This document shows, in pieces, positions 49,682-58,140 of a stretch of DNA of 64,000 bases. The stretch is from a virus. Made by a program: the position numbers and the translations under genes. Below the pieces are notes generated by a model that saw only the letters and a list, made by a program, of their open reading frames with translations, ran no database searches and was not told where the DNA came from. Each line of letters opens with the position of its first letter. Positions within the stretch are counted from its first letter, which is position 1. The stretch lies in the IMG/VR virus record IMGVR_UViG_3300022669_000027, positions 3,302 to 67,301 of that record. One strand, written 5' to 3'.

Positions 49682-52483
49682 TTATAAACCGGAAAGCCGC
49701 GTCTGTTCTAATACCCTTTTCTTAATAGGGAATTGACCGTGTATGTAGTATCCACCGGCATCGCAATTGGACACTATCGGACTATGCTTAGTTAATTTAA
49801 AATACCCATAATCAGGCACCGTCAAACAATATACGTCCTGGTCTTCTTCTGGATTCATGGTAACAAGTTCTACTGCAGTATTTTGCAGGGGGAAGGTATC
49901 TGTCCCTTTTAAATACCTCTCCACAATATTGACAAGTATACTGGACAGCATCCACTCCCGACTTTCTTCTGGCCGCCGCTGTACACGCCTTTGAACAATA
50001 CTTATTGCGCTTTTGAATTTCCGCTTCATACTCCTTTTCACAGTGGGAGCAAGTAAACCTGCCTCGTTTGTGGAGTTTATGTTTGACTTTTTGGTAATTT
50101 TCACGAGCCTGTTTTCGTCCTTCCTCTGATTGATGCCAAGCCCGTGCCTTCTTTTGGCTGTCCCCGTCAGAAGTGAAACTGCCCCTCTGAAACCCGTTCC
50201 GTACCCGTTCTTCCAGATGGTATTTTGCATGATCGGAACAAGACACAAGTTCCAGATTCTCAATTTCGTTATTGTCCGGATCATGGTCTTTATGATGGAT
50301 GACATACCCCTTTGGAATTGGGACCACCTTGTCTTTATAGATTTCCCTATGTAATAACCTAACGCCTTTACTGCCAAGGAAACACTGCCAATATCCCCCG
50401 TGTTTAACATAGGTATTTCCGTTATAAACTTCTGTCCTTTGTTGGCCTTTCCTATTTCTACCCATTGCAAATCCTCCGTCAAAAATAAATGATCAGGTGT
50501 AGCTATTATATAATAGCTACGTGCATCAGGTAAAGAAAAAACGTACTTGTATACTTTCTGTTGTTTCTTTTTTATACCTCCCTTAACATAGGAACTCCAA
50601 TCCTCATTACTCACCCTTACCTTGCCCGTGCGCGGAATGTCCTTAAATCTGAAAATCCCCTTATCTGTTTCTACTAATTGATCCCCTCCGAAACAAATAT
50701 CATCTCCCTTCCCCTCTCCTTTTTCCGGGAGACCATTCGCATCATAGGCCTGCTGTTCCAGAGAATCCGTATAAAACGGACACTCTGATGTATTGACCTT
50801 GTACCGACGTTCTCCTTGAGAATTGCAGAACATACCGTTCATAGAGGCAATCCTGTCTTTAGGAACTGGGTTGCGGCTTCTCCTTTTTATTCGCCATCGT
50901 TCATCTTTAAGCAATTGTAGATCAGACTCAGTAGCATTCTGACTTTTTCTATTTTTTGAAGTAGCATCAGGATACACTGTGATGGGCCAACCATGATATC
51001 TGCTGTTGAGTACCCGAATTGTATCAGGAGTATCGAAACTGTTAACAACTTCATCCACAGCTATCGGTGACCCATCCCTCAATACATGAACTACTGCACA
51101 GCCTCTCCCTACATTAAAGTCCATTCCTATATGAAGAGGCTCTTTCTGACGGGGATCTATTCTCACATCAGAATGATTATGCTTCCTACTGAACATATGG
51201 TATACAGTACCGGACGTAAGATTGGTGAAAATCCCTTCTACATACGCCTCTAACAAATTCTCATCATAATTACCTTTCAAACTGTCCACATAATCCTCTG
51301 GGAGATTCGCCTGATTGGAATATGTAGAGGCCCTGACATATATATGTTCTTTTGAGGGGTTCTTTTCCCACCTGTTATACACGAAGTTAAACCCCTCTGG
51401 GGTAGTATATGCGCATACCTGGTTCGTTGGACTGCCCGGTAATTTCTGGCGATTTCTTGCTATGATCTTATTCCATGCGTTCTGGGCATTCTTGAATTTC
51501 AGGGTATCTATCTCATCAACATGACTTCTGAACGCTTCGTACCCGATAATACGATTGGGCTTATCCAATGTCCTTATGACAAACATACCTCTGTTCAAAA
51601 GGTAGATAACATTTTCAGACTTATTGTGGAGGTAGGGGACATTGGCTGTATCAAGGAGTTCCAAAAGGCGAGGGATAAGAATGAGACGTGCAAGATCATA
51701 CGTAGGTTCGTACAAAGCTACTGTAGACCTGGGCCACATGAATTTATCTCGGATTGCCCTGGCCAATAATGTCTGTGTCTTGCCGCTATTATGATGAATA
51801 TGTCCATATTCATCCACATAATTATTTGTATTTAGTACCTGTATATCCCAATAAACCTCCTTCACTTCCTTTACCGAAACCTTTATTATATCCGTAATAG
51901 ACAAATCACTATTCTTCAAAGAGACAGGGTGGGATTTTAGAACATCGTTTGATAATGAGTGACATGCTCCAGCGTCCTCTCCTCCCTGAAGAAATTGTTG
52001 ACCATATTGACGGGATAACTCTCCATAATTCACCAAAGAATCTACGTCTTTTTGAGAATAATGCCCTTCATCTGAAAACAACAATTTCAAATCAGATCCC
52101 GAAGTGGTCTTTGGAAGGTCTCTGTTCAATCGATAAAGGCCGGAGGAGTATCCCAATTCAGAAATCTGTTGATAAGTACCGTGAGATGAAAGAGAGTGGT
52201 GATGCCCGCTTGATACAAATTCTCCGTGCTGCGATTGAACTCGGAACAGATAGTCCTTACCTTTTGGGAACGCACCACTGGTTGGAGAAAGCACGAATTG
52301 ATTACAGTTCTGATCATAACTTAAAACGCGCTCTCCTGGCAATATATCGCAAATATTCTTGAGCCCATTCTCTGTCCATATGCGGGTATCTGCCCGCATA
52401 CAACCGAAGCCTCCAACGAAAGCTGGGTACTTGCAATCTAACCAGAAGAAGTCAGATTGAGGTTGTGTTAAATCCCATCCCAT
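49682..52483 (-). CDS. terL: Terminase large subunit with two inteins
   Basis: After removing the inteins: Walker A GGFGSGKT, Walker B HVDE, YTTPEG, nuclease IGMDFN and DDICDA. Confidence 0.93.
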   Translation of the reverse strand: MGWDLTQPQSDFFWLDCKYPAFVGGFGCMRADTRIWTENGLKNICDILPGERVLSYDQNCNQFVLSPTSGAFPKGKDYLFRVQSQHGEFVSSGHHHSLSSHGTYQQISELGYSSGLYRLNRDLPKTTSGSDLKLLFSDEGHYSQKDVDSLVNYGELSRQYGQQFLQGGEDAGACHSLSNDVLKSHPVSLKNSDLSITDIIKVSVKEVKEVYWDIQVLNTNNYVDEYGHIHHNSGKTQTLLARAIRDKFMWPRSTVALYEPTYDLARLILIPRLLELLDTANVPYLHNKSENVIYLLNRGMFVIRTLDKPNRIIGYEAFRSHVDEIDTLKFKNAQNAWNKIIARNRQKLPGSPTNQVCAYTTPEGFNFVYNRWEKNPSKEHIYVRASTYSNQANLPEDYVDSLKGNYDENLLEAYVEGIFTNLTSGTVYHMFSRKHNHSDVRIDPRQKEPLHIGMDFNVGRGCAVVHVLRDGSPIAVDEVVNSFDTPDTIRVLNSRYHGWPITVYPDATSKNRKSQNATESDLQLLKDERWRIKRRSRNPVPKDRIASMNGMFCNSQGERRYKVNTSECPFYTDSLEQQAYDANGLPEKGEGKGDDICFGGDQLVETDKGIFRFKDIPRTGKVRVSNEDWSSYVKGGIKKKQQKVYKYVFSLPDARSYYIIATPDHLFLTEDLQWVEIGKANKGQKFITEIPMLNTGDIGSVSLAVKALGYYIGKSIKTRWSQFQRGMSSIIKTMIRTITKLRIWNLCLVPIMQNTIWKNGYGTGFRGAVSLLTGTAKRRHGLGINQRKDENRLVKITKKSNINSTNEAGLLAPTVKRSMKRKFKSAISIVQRRVQRRPEESREWMLSSILVNIVERYLKGTDTFPLQNTAVELVTMNPEEDQDVYCLTVPDYGYFKLTKHSPIVSNCDAGGYYIHGQFPIKKRVLEQTRLSGL
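49812..50465 (-). CDS. HNH endonuclease with zinc fingers, nested out of frame inside intein 2
   Basis: LHREIY...IPKGYVIHHKDHDPDNNEIENLEL...H..YH plus two CxxC...YCS..C fingers. GGAGG at 50473-50477 lies 7 nt before the ATG. Confidence 0.88.
   Translation of the reverse strand: MGRNRKGQQRTEVYNGNTYVKHGGYWQCFLGSKGVRLLHREIYKDKVVPIPKGYVIHHKDHDPDNNEIENLELVSCSDHAKYHLEERVRNGFQRGSFTSDGDSQKKARAWHQSEEGRKQARENYQKVKHKLHKRGRFTCSHCEKEYEAEIQKRNKYCSKACTAAARRKSGVDAVQYTCQYCGEVFKRDRYLPPAKYCSRTCYHESRRRPGRILFDGA
50499..50534 (-). promoter_or_regulatory. Candidate internal promoter with a perfect 22-bp palindrome, upstream of the nested HNH
   Basis: Palindrome gtagctattatataatagctac (50499-50520) contains TATAAT, and TTTACC lies 18 bp upstream on the minus strand. 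Confidence 0.5.
51788..52402 (-). mobile_element. TerL intein 1 (205 aa) in the Walker A motif
   Basis: GGFG|CMRADTRIWTENG...VYWDIQVLNTNNYVDEYGHIHHN|SGKT. Confidence 0.92.
51901..52362 (+). pseudogene. Antisense HNH endonuclease reading frame inside intein 1, apparently 5'-truncated
   Basis: The frame is open from 51901 and reads ...GGILEHRLIMSDMLQRPLLPEEIVDHIDGITLHNSPKNLRLFENNALH. No start codon precedes EHR. Confidence 0.75.
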
Positions 52484-52516
52484 ATCTATGTCCTTTTAAA
52501 TTTTTCAAACAACACT

Positions 52517-52873
52517 TCAATCATATTGTTCCTGTTCATTTCCTAATTCCCATGGGAATTGGTCCCAGTTGAAAAAATGAAACTGTATAAGATCGAAGAG
52601 AAGCGATACATACTCCGTATCTAAAAGTTGATCCTGATGAAAATGATCGAACCAACTATCAACAAACATGTCTGAGAAAGGACTGTGTTTGGCGAGAATC
52701 TTACTAGCTATCCAATTTGATTTCACTAATAGAAACTTCTCCTCGTTACTCCAACTTTCAGGAAGAGATGATGTAATACATACATCCTTTTTCAAAGAAT
52801 ATAGATGCAGATAAACTTCAACTCGCTCTCCCTTCAAGGAAATGCTCCCCATCGTTTGGATCCCATCTTTCAT
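52517..52873 (-). CDS. Hypothetical protein
   Basis: 118-aa ORF with an RBS. Confidence 0.55.
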   Translation of the reverse strand: MKDGIQTMGSISLKGERVEVYLHLYSLKKDVCITSSLPESWSNEEKFLLVKSNWIASKILAKHSPFSDMFVDSWFDHFHQDQLLDTEYVSLLFDLIQFHFFNWDQFPWELGNEQEQYD

Positions 52874-52888
52874 TTATTTCCCCTTCCT

Positions 52889-53146
52889 TCAATTATTCAA
52901 ACACCATTCCGACATAGAATGAATTGCAATTACAATATCCCCCGAACCCTTCCCGTCCAAGACAATGTTACCTGGCTGCTTTCCATGACCACAACAACTG
53001 GTCAGAGTCTTCAAACCTCCCGCGTTAAGAGCAGCTACAATATGAGATATGCAAAAATCAATAATATGAACCCTCCCATTTAAAGGCATAGGGACCGAAC
53101 ATTCATAAGATCCCCGCTCACAACAGCTTTCAGGTTTCTTTATCAT
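52889..53146 (-). CDS. Conserved-looking small phage protein
   Basis: ID.CI..IV.ALN.GG..T..SCCGHG pattern. Confidence 0.65.
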   Translation of the reverse strand: MIKKPESCCERGSYECSVPMPLNGRVHIIDFCISHIVAALNAGGLKTLTSCCGHGKQPGNIVLDGKGSGDIVIAIHSMSEWCLNN

Positions 53147-53513
53147 CTCTCAGCATCTCCATAAATTGAATTTCTGATATTATATGAATACCTATGTCTT
53201 TGCATTCTTGTAAAATAGGATCGTTATCGATATTGTATCCTTTAACAAGATGAGTTGTATTTTCATCCAACTTATCCTGAATTTTCGGAGTCGTTCGACC
53301 CATGTAATACTTGAGTTTGCCTATGCTCAGAAACCTGAAATCTCCCCTGAACAAAAATATACAATCTTTCAAACGGGTATTTTCTGAATGATCTTGAGGA
53401 ATATCATTAATAACCACAATAATTTCCCATTCATTATCCCCATTGTGCTGAGATACAATAGGAACCTCCGCCCCTGCCTGCGTAATCACTTTTACTGTTT
53501 GGTGGAATCCCAT
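53130..53513 (-). CDS. BRCT-domain-like protein
   Basis: F.F.G.F...G......TTHLVKG......GI.II.E..F..ML resembles ligase-type BRCT. Confidence 0.6.
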   Translation of the reverse strand: MGFHQTVKVITQAGAEVPIVSQHNGDNEWEIIVVINDIPQDHSENTRLKDCIFLFRGDFRFLSIGKLKYYMGRTTPKIQDKLDENTTHLVKGYNIDNDPILQECKDIGIHIISEIQFMEMLRDDKET

Positions 53514-53514
53514 C

Positions 53515-53874
53515 CTACTCTCCTATCAAAGCATGTCTGATAGAAAAGAAAGCCTCTATACGTTCCTTACAATCCGCACATCGTGATTTCAGATCCGCCA
53601 AAGACTTTTCCCTGTCCACTTCCCAATCAGATAAATCACCGTATGATACTAAGCTAGGCATCACATACGGGGATTTATGGGTATATCCTCTGCGCAACAT
53701 TTCTGTTACTAATTCATCATGCCTATGTTTCATCTCCAAAGGAACAATCTGGCCTTTTCGCCCGGATATCTTGTGTCCTTTTACAAAGTTATGACGAAAC
53801 TTATGTATTTCCCCATGCTCTCCTATCAGATGACGTACACAGAGACAACGAGGATTTACCATCCACATTCTCAT
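53515..53874 (-). CDS. Pyrimidine dimer DNA glycosylase / endonuclease V family protein
   Basis: MRMW.V.P..LC..HL.GEH.E.H and RH.EL..EM..RGY.H.SP motifs. Confidence 0.75.
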   Translation of the reverse strand: MRMWMVNPRCLCVRHLIGEHGEIHKFRHNFVKGHKISGRKGQIVPLEMKHRHDELVTEMLRRGYTHKSPYVMPSLVSYGDLSDWEVDREKSLADLKSRCADCKERIEAFFSIRHALIGE

Positions 53875-53879
53875 GGCAG

Positions 53880-54098
53880 TTACTTTCCCTCCATTAAGTC
53901 AGCTATTCTTCTCAAACAACCAGAACAGCTTTTGAATTCATCTCCTCCACCATAAATATCAATTATCAATACATTAGGTTTTCCACAACCGTCGCACAGT
54001 TCTTCTTTATGGACGGTTCCTACTTCCTCCTTGTAACCACCATGTGCGTCCCTTACGATACTGAACACACCGTGCATTTTCACGCTGCTGAAAGACAT
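53880..54098 (-). CDS. Small zinc-binding protein
   Basis: CDGC and CSGC pairs. Confidence 0.55.
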   Translation of the reverse strand: MSFSSVKMHGVFSIVRDAHGGYKEEVGTVHKEELCDGCGKPNVLIIDIYGGGDEFKSCSGCLRRIADLMEGK

Positions 54099-54170
54099 AT
54101 CAAATTCTCCCTGTTATTTAATAAATATTCAAGTTATCCTATTATACGTGAAAAAGGATCTTTGAGTCTA

Positions 54171-54584
54171 TCACATCCATCTCCTTCTCCGGCGTTTCTG
54201 GGCTGGTCGTGGAGTATCATCCTGATCAGGTTCCCATTGAAAACCTGATTCAAAAATCTGCTCTCCTGTATTAGGTACTACCTGAACAACCCGATCATCC
54301 CAAAGCTCGGTCATATACATATCCTTCAAACAAGTAATAGGCAGAGTAAACCCTAAATGCTTTTCCAGCCACTTGCCTATTACCCTTCTACTTTTATCTG
54401 AATGGGTATTTCCGAGATGGACTCGCGCCGTGAATATCTTTACATTCTTACCTTCTTCGATCCAAGCAAGTATCCTTTCAACCATTTTAGGAACAGGAGG
54501 GCCAATATGCTCATATCCTTCCCATCCGTGATACTCTGCAAGAGTCCCGTCAAGGTCTACGCCTATCCAACTTCTATTTTTCAT
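54171..54584 (-). CDS. HAD-superfamily phosphatase (polynucleotide kinase phosphatase-like)
   Basis: IGVDLDGTLA, IFTAR and K......LWDDR motifs. Start probably MKNRSW (GAGG RBS). Confidence 0.82.
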   Translation of the reverse strand: MKNRSWIGVDLDGTLAEYHGWEGYEHIGPPVPKMVERILAWIEEGKNVKIFTARVHLGNTHSDKSRRVIGKWLEKHLGFTLPITCLKDMYMTELWDDRVVQVVPNTGEQIFESGFQWEPDQDDTPRPAQKRRRRRWM

Positions 54585-54822
54585 AATTTCCTCTATTGGC
54601 AAAAATAAACAATACAATGATATGCAAACATACTGATACTGAATACAAATACATTCCTAACCAGTACTGAATACGAATACAATGCTAACCGGTACCGAGA
54701 CCGTAAACACTGCATATACATCGTCGTACCAGAACTTGAGAATCTAATAAAGAGTAGATATACCCAAATACAACCTGTAACAACACTGATTATTGCGTAC
54801 AGGACACATAGAAAGGCCAAGA

Positions 54823-55197
54823 TCATTCTGTAACCCCTTTATCGTCGCTCAATATATAAGTACCTATCTCATCATCTTCGAGCACAGCCAGACATGCATT
54901 AAGATCTTTTTCCGCCCGGAGTTTTTCTTCTGTCCTTTCCTGAAGTACCTTCTTGCAAACTGGTATTATACGATGTTTTGTGTATATATGCCCAGCCAGA
55001 ACTCCCAGCGCAAAAAGGAATCCACAAAACAGGGCTTTGGTCAATGCAGATAATTTCATTTCAATACTCCCTTTTCTGATCAATCTTCTGACGAAAACAA
55101 CCAACCGTCTTCGGAAAGGTGTCCGAATGGGAAGAGTTCCGCCTGCTCCAATACTTTTCGCAATCAACAACTGTTTTCTCATTTTTCTATATCTCAT
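54823..55197 (-). CDS. Hypothetical membrane protein
   Basis: One TM segment (ALFCGFLFALGVLAG) followed by a short coiled coil. The true start may be the internal MKLS. Confidence 0.5.
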   Translation of the reverse strand: MRYRKMRKQLLIAKSIGAGGTLPIRTPFRRRLVVFVRRLIRKGSIEMKLSALTKALFCGFLFALGVLAGHIYTKHRIIPVCKKVLQERTEEKLRAEKDLNACLAVLEDDEIGTYILSDDKGVTE

Positions 55198-55815
55198 AAT
55201 AAACTAACAGGGAAGGCCGGATGAGGCGAATTGCCCGAAAATTGTTGTGCTGGGCCTTCCCTGTACATAAGTTACCAAGCCGCTTTTATGTTCGCCCCCG
55301 GCCCCTGGTTCCTGTCCATTCCTCCAGGAGGGCTTTAAACAACACCCGTACCAGAACCTCTGTCGGGGGCCGTTCGAGTTATGTAACCGGTCTTACGGAG
55401 TGGGCTGTATAGGGCCGGAACCTCTCTGGCCCGGATCAGGTATACAGACTCACTCTCAGGACGGACAGGAACCGGTTGTCGATAATTGAATAGCATCCTA
55501 CCTTCGATCCTCCCTGCTCCTCATTTCTTCAAGATCTGCATCCCGCGCATCCAGGTCTCTCACATAATCTTCTGCCATTTTGTCCTGCTGGACGTCCGTA
55601 GATCTTTGATACACGGGAGAATCCTTCAATACTTCATGAGCCGCCTCAATTGTATTTGCCATTGCCTTTCCTGATTACATTAATACCCAGCGGATAAAGA
55701 GTACAACACACACAAAATATATCCGATAGCTATCATACAGATCATGTCCAACACTTCCTTCATGGCCTTATCTCCCGTTTCCTTTTAATTGTTGTGAAGT
55801 TTTTGTTTCAGTTAA

Positions 55816-56112
55816 TTATACAACAGTTTTCTCTGAATCCAACTGAGACGCCACAGTGCTTTTCTTCTGCTCAAGTAACTGAAACACTGCATAAGGTCTT
55901 ATCCCTCTGTCTGACAATTCGGCAAATACCTTTGCAACATAATAAATATCTGTTGCTGTAATGGAATGAACATACATTACTTCCGAAAGCCTATCCCTAC
56001 AATCCTGAAGATCATAAACAGGCTCCTGTTCCACTTCTTCAAGCACTTGCTTCACACATTTAGAAACACAAGCATCTATTCCGTACTTTTTAAGATATTC
56101 TGAATGTTTCAT
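55816..56112 (-). CDS. Hypothetical protein, paralog A
   Basis: MKHSEYLKKYG...VF..L.DRG.RP is shared with paralog B. Start position uncertain. Confidence 0.65.
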   Translation of the reverse strand: MKHSEYLKKYGIDACVSKCVKQVLEEVEQEPVYDLQDCRDRLSEVMYVHSITATDIYYVAKVFAELSDRGIRPYAVFQLLEQKKSTVASQLDSEKTVV

Positions 56113-56539
56113 TTCACCACTCATGTACTGGTATTTCTCTTTCCGATGCGTATTTTTCCGCATACGCCCTCGCTTCCTCTTCCGACTCAAAAAATCTCAA
56201 GCAATCGTACAAGTCTTTGTTTATGATACCTAATATCCACCATTGACTGAGACCTACTTTTTTAATAACAATTGATGTGTATGTGTACTCCATGGTTTCT
56301 CCTATTCAGCGATTTATTCTGATTCTTCCCCATACAAAGGATGGTCCACACGGGAATACATGCGCCTGATCATTCATGGAATTGTCTTTTTATTAGTTAA
56401 GCTGAAAATATAAAAGTATATGAAATACAAACACAATATATCCAATGGCTTCATACAGATTATATTTAGAAGATCCCTCATAACCTCCTCCGTTCTGTTT
56501 GTTGTAGAGTCTTCTTGCCCTCTATTATACAACGGTTAT

Positions 56540-56821
56540 TTATTTCCCCCTATTTTCATTGTGCTCCCTTTTATAAAATAACCGTAATACATTCTCAGGC
56601 CGAACTCCTCTATCGGCAAGTCTCACAAACACATCTAGCACCAACATAATATCCCTTGCAGAAATATTATGCGTATAAACAAGAGCCGGAATAGAATCTC
56701 TCAAAGTTTGAATATCCTGCCGCCAAGAATCTTCATGCATTACTTCCTGAATAACCTCTTGGATGATTTTATGCAATTGCGATTCTACTCCGTATTTCTT
56801 CAAATATTCCGCATGTTCCAT
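56540..56821 (-). CDS. Hypothetical protein, paralog B
   Basis: MEHAEYLKKYG...VFVRLADRGVRP. Start position uncertain. Confidence 0.65.
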   Translation of the reverse strand: MEHAEYLKKYGVESQLHKIIQEVIQEVMHEDSWRQDIQTLRDSIPALVYTHNISARDIMLVLDVFVRLADRGVRPENVLRLFYKREHNENRGK

Positions 56822-57019
56822 TTCATATCCTCTGAACCAGCATATTTTTATCCTTGGCATATTGTTCTGCATACCCACGGGCATCTTCTTCAGACTCAAA
56901 ATACCTCAAACAATCCTGAATATTTTTATTCAAATACCCAATTTCCCGATCCAATTGGTCAAGTGATGTTTAGCATAATCTTCCGGTTTGATTTTTAACA
57001 TCCGCACGATAAAGTCTCC

Positions 57020-57919
57020 TTATTCTGAAATTTCCTCTGGGTCCTTCTCCCCATACAAAGGATGGTCCACAGAGGGAGGAAGAACATTGAAAGTAAATGG
57101 ATTAACTTCTGTGTCCATATCTTCCTGAGCTTTGAGAATCGTTATCCTGGCAGTCTCCATATTTGTGACTAATTTCTGAAGATGGGCAATGTCCTTTAGA
57201 TAATCCCTTCTGCGTTTTATAGTCTTTGAATTGGAAACAATTACTCTGCCGTCTTCATCAACAGTTTCTGCGACCTCTTTACTGAATATCACAAATCCTT
57301 TTTCAACACTCCCTTCGGCTTGAGCCTGTATGTATAGCATTTGATTTTCAAGGGCATCCCGTAGAAGCATTCGAGTAACTCTTATATCATCATCAATATC
57401 CCCCACCGGTGCAGACTTAAACAACTCCCTTTGTTCCTTGGTAAGGAAGGCTCCCCCATAAAACCCATATACCTCCCCGTCCGCTACCTCTACAATCCTT
57501 TCATTATCTGCTGTAGCCAGGTATCCGTCATAGGGCTTGTGTTGTTTAGGGAAAGCGGCTCCTGCAAGATTTGGATCTAAATGTTTATCCTTCTTTTGCC
57601 GTCTGTCCTTTCTCCACTGTCTTCTTTCTTGAGGTGTTGCATGTGCCCAACAGACATTCCGTCCTTGCAGTACCCTACCTTGACATTGCTTTCCATTCCT
57701 GTATTGAAAACGACAAGGTACTTTTGCATCAAGGGAATTATCTGTAGGGTGTATCCCTTTCTTTATACGTTCATACTGTCTTCTTTCTTCAGGAGTCTGA
57801 TGATGGTAACATGTCTGAAAACTGTTTATGCGAACGCCCTTACATCTTTGTCCATCAGGTTTAACAAATGTACACCGCTTTGCTTCATATTCTTCATCGG
57901 AATCAAATAAATGACGCAT
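57020..57919 (-). CDS. Probable terminase small subunit with two CCCH (HGGxSTG-like) modules
   Basis: Two C-x6-G-x2-C-x9-C-x2-H modules, GFYG and a DIDDDIR..R..L helix. First gene of the packaging region. Confidence 0.6.
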   Translation of the reverse strand: MRHLFDSDEEYEAKRCTFVKPDGQRCKGVRINSFQTCYHHQTPEERRQYERIKKGIHPTDNSLDAKVPCRFQYRNGKQCQGRVLQGRNVCWAHATPQERRQWRKDRRQKKDKHLDPNLAGAAFPKQHKPYDGYLATADNERIVEVADGEVYGFYGGAFLTKEQRELFKSAPVGDIDDDIRVTRMLLRDALENQMLYIQAQAEGSVEKGFVIFSKEVAETVDEDGRVIVSNSKTIKRRRDYLKDIAHLQKLVTNMETARITILKAQEDMDTEVNPFTFNVLPPSVDHPLYGEKDPEEISE

Positions 57920-57950
57920 TTCTTTCAGGCCCCGAATAAGTTAGTTTCAC

Positions 57951-58049
57951 AGTTAATATGTCTGGGGAGTATACCGGTAGGGATATGGGACAGGAACTGG
58001 TATACTCCAGATAAAAAGATTTTTATCTATATCCCTACCTATGTTAACT
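57951..58049. other. Compact pseudoknot-like inverted-repeat element upstream of the probable terS
   Basis: 57966-75 pairs with 57999-58008, 57976-86 with 58029-39, and 58009-17 with 58020-28. An imperfect outer stem joins 57951-59 and 58041-49. Confidence 0.6.
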
Positions 58050-58140
58050 GATTTAGACCTGGAAGTAAAGAGCAGGAATTGTTACTGAGAAAATCTACAC
58101 GACACTGATCCACGTCCCATTCCGAAAGATTTAAAGAAAA

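Larger units (their letters stand above)
49766..50695 (-). mobile_element. TerL intein 2 (310 aa) in the nuclease domain
   Basis: CFGGDQLVETDKG (block A), ATPDHLFLT (block B), DVYCLTV (block F), ending IVSN/C. Confidence 0.9.

Noticed and set aside
55218-55252. Hammerhead-like core (cggatgag...cgaaa)
   Set aside because: The core reads CGGAUGA rather than CUGAUGA, and no stem III with an NUH cleavage triplet can be formed.
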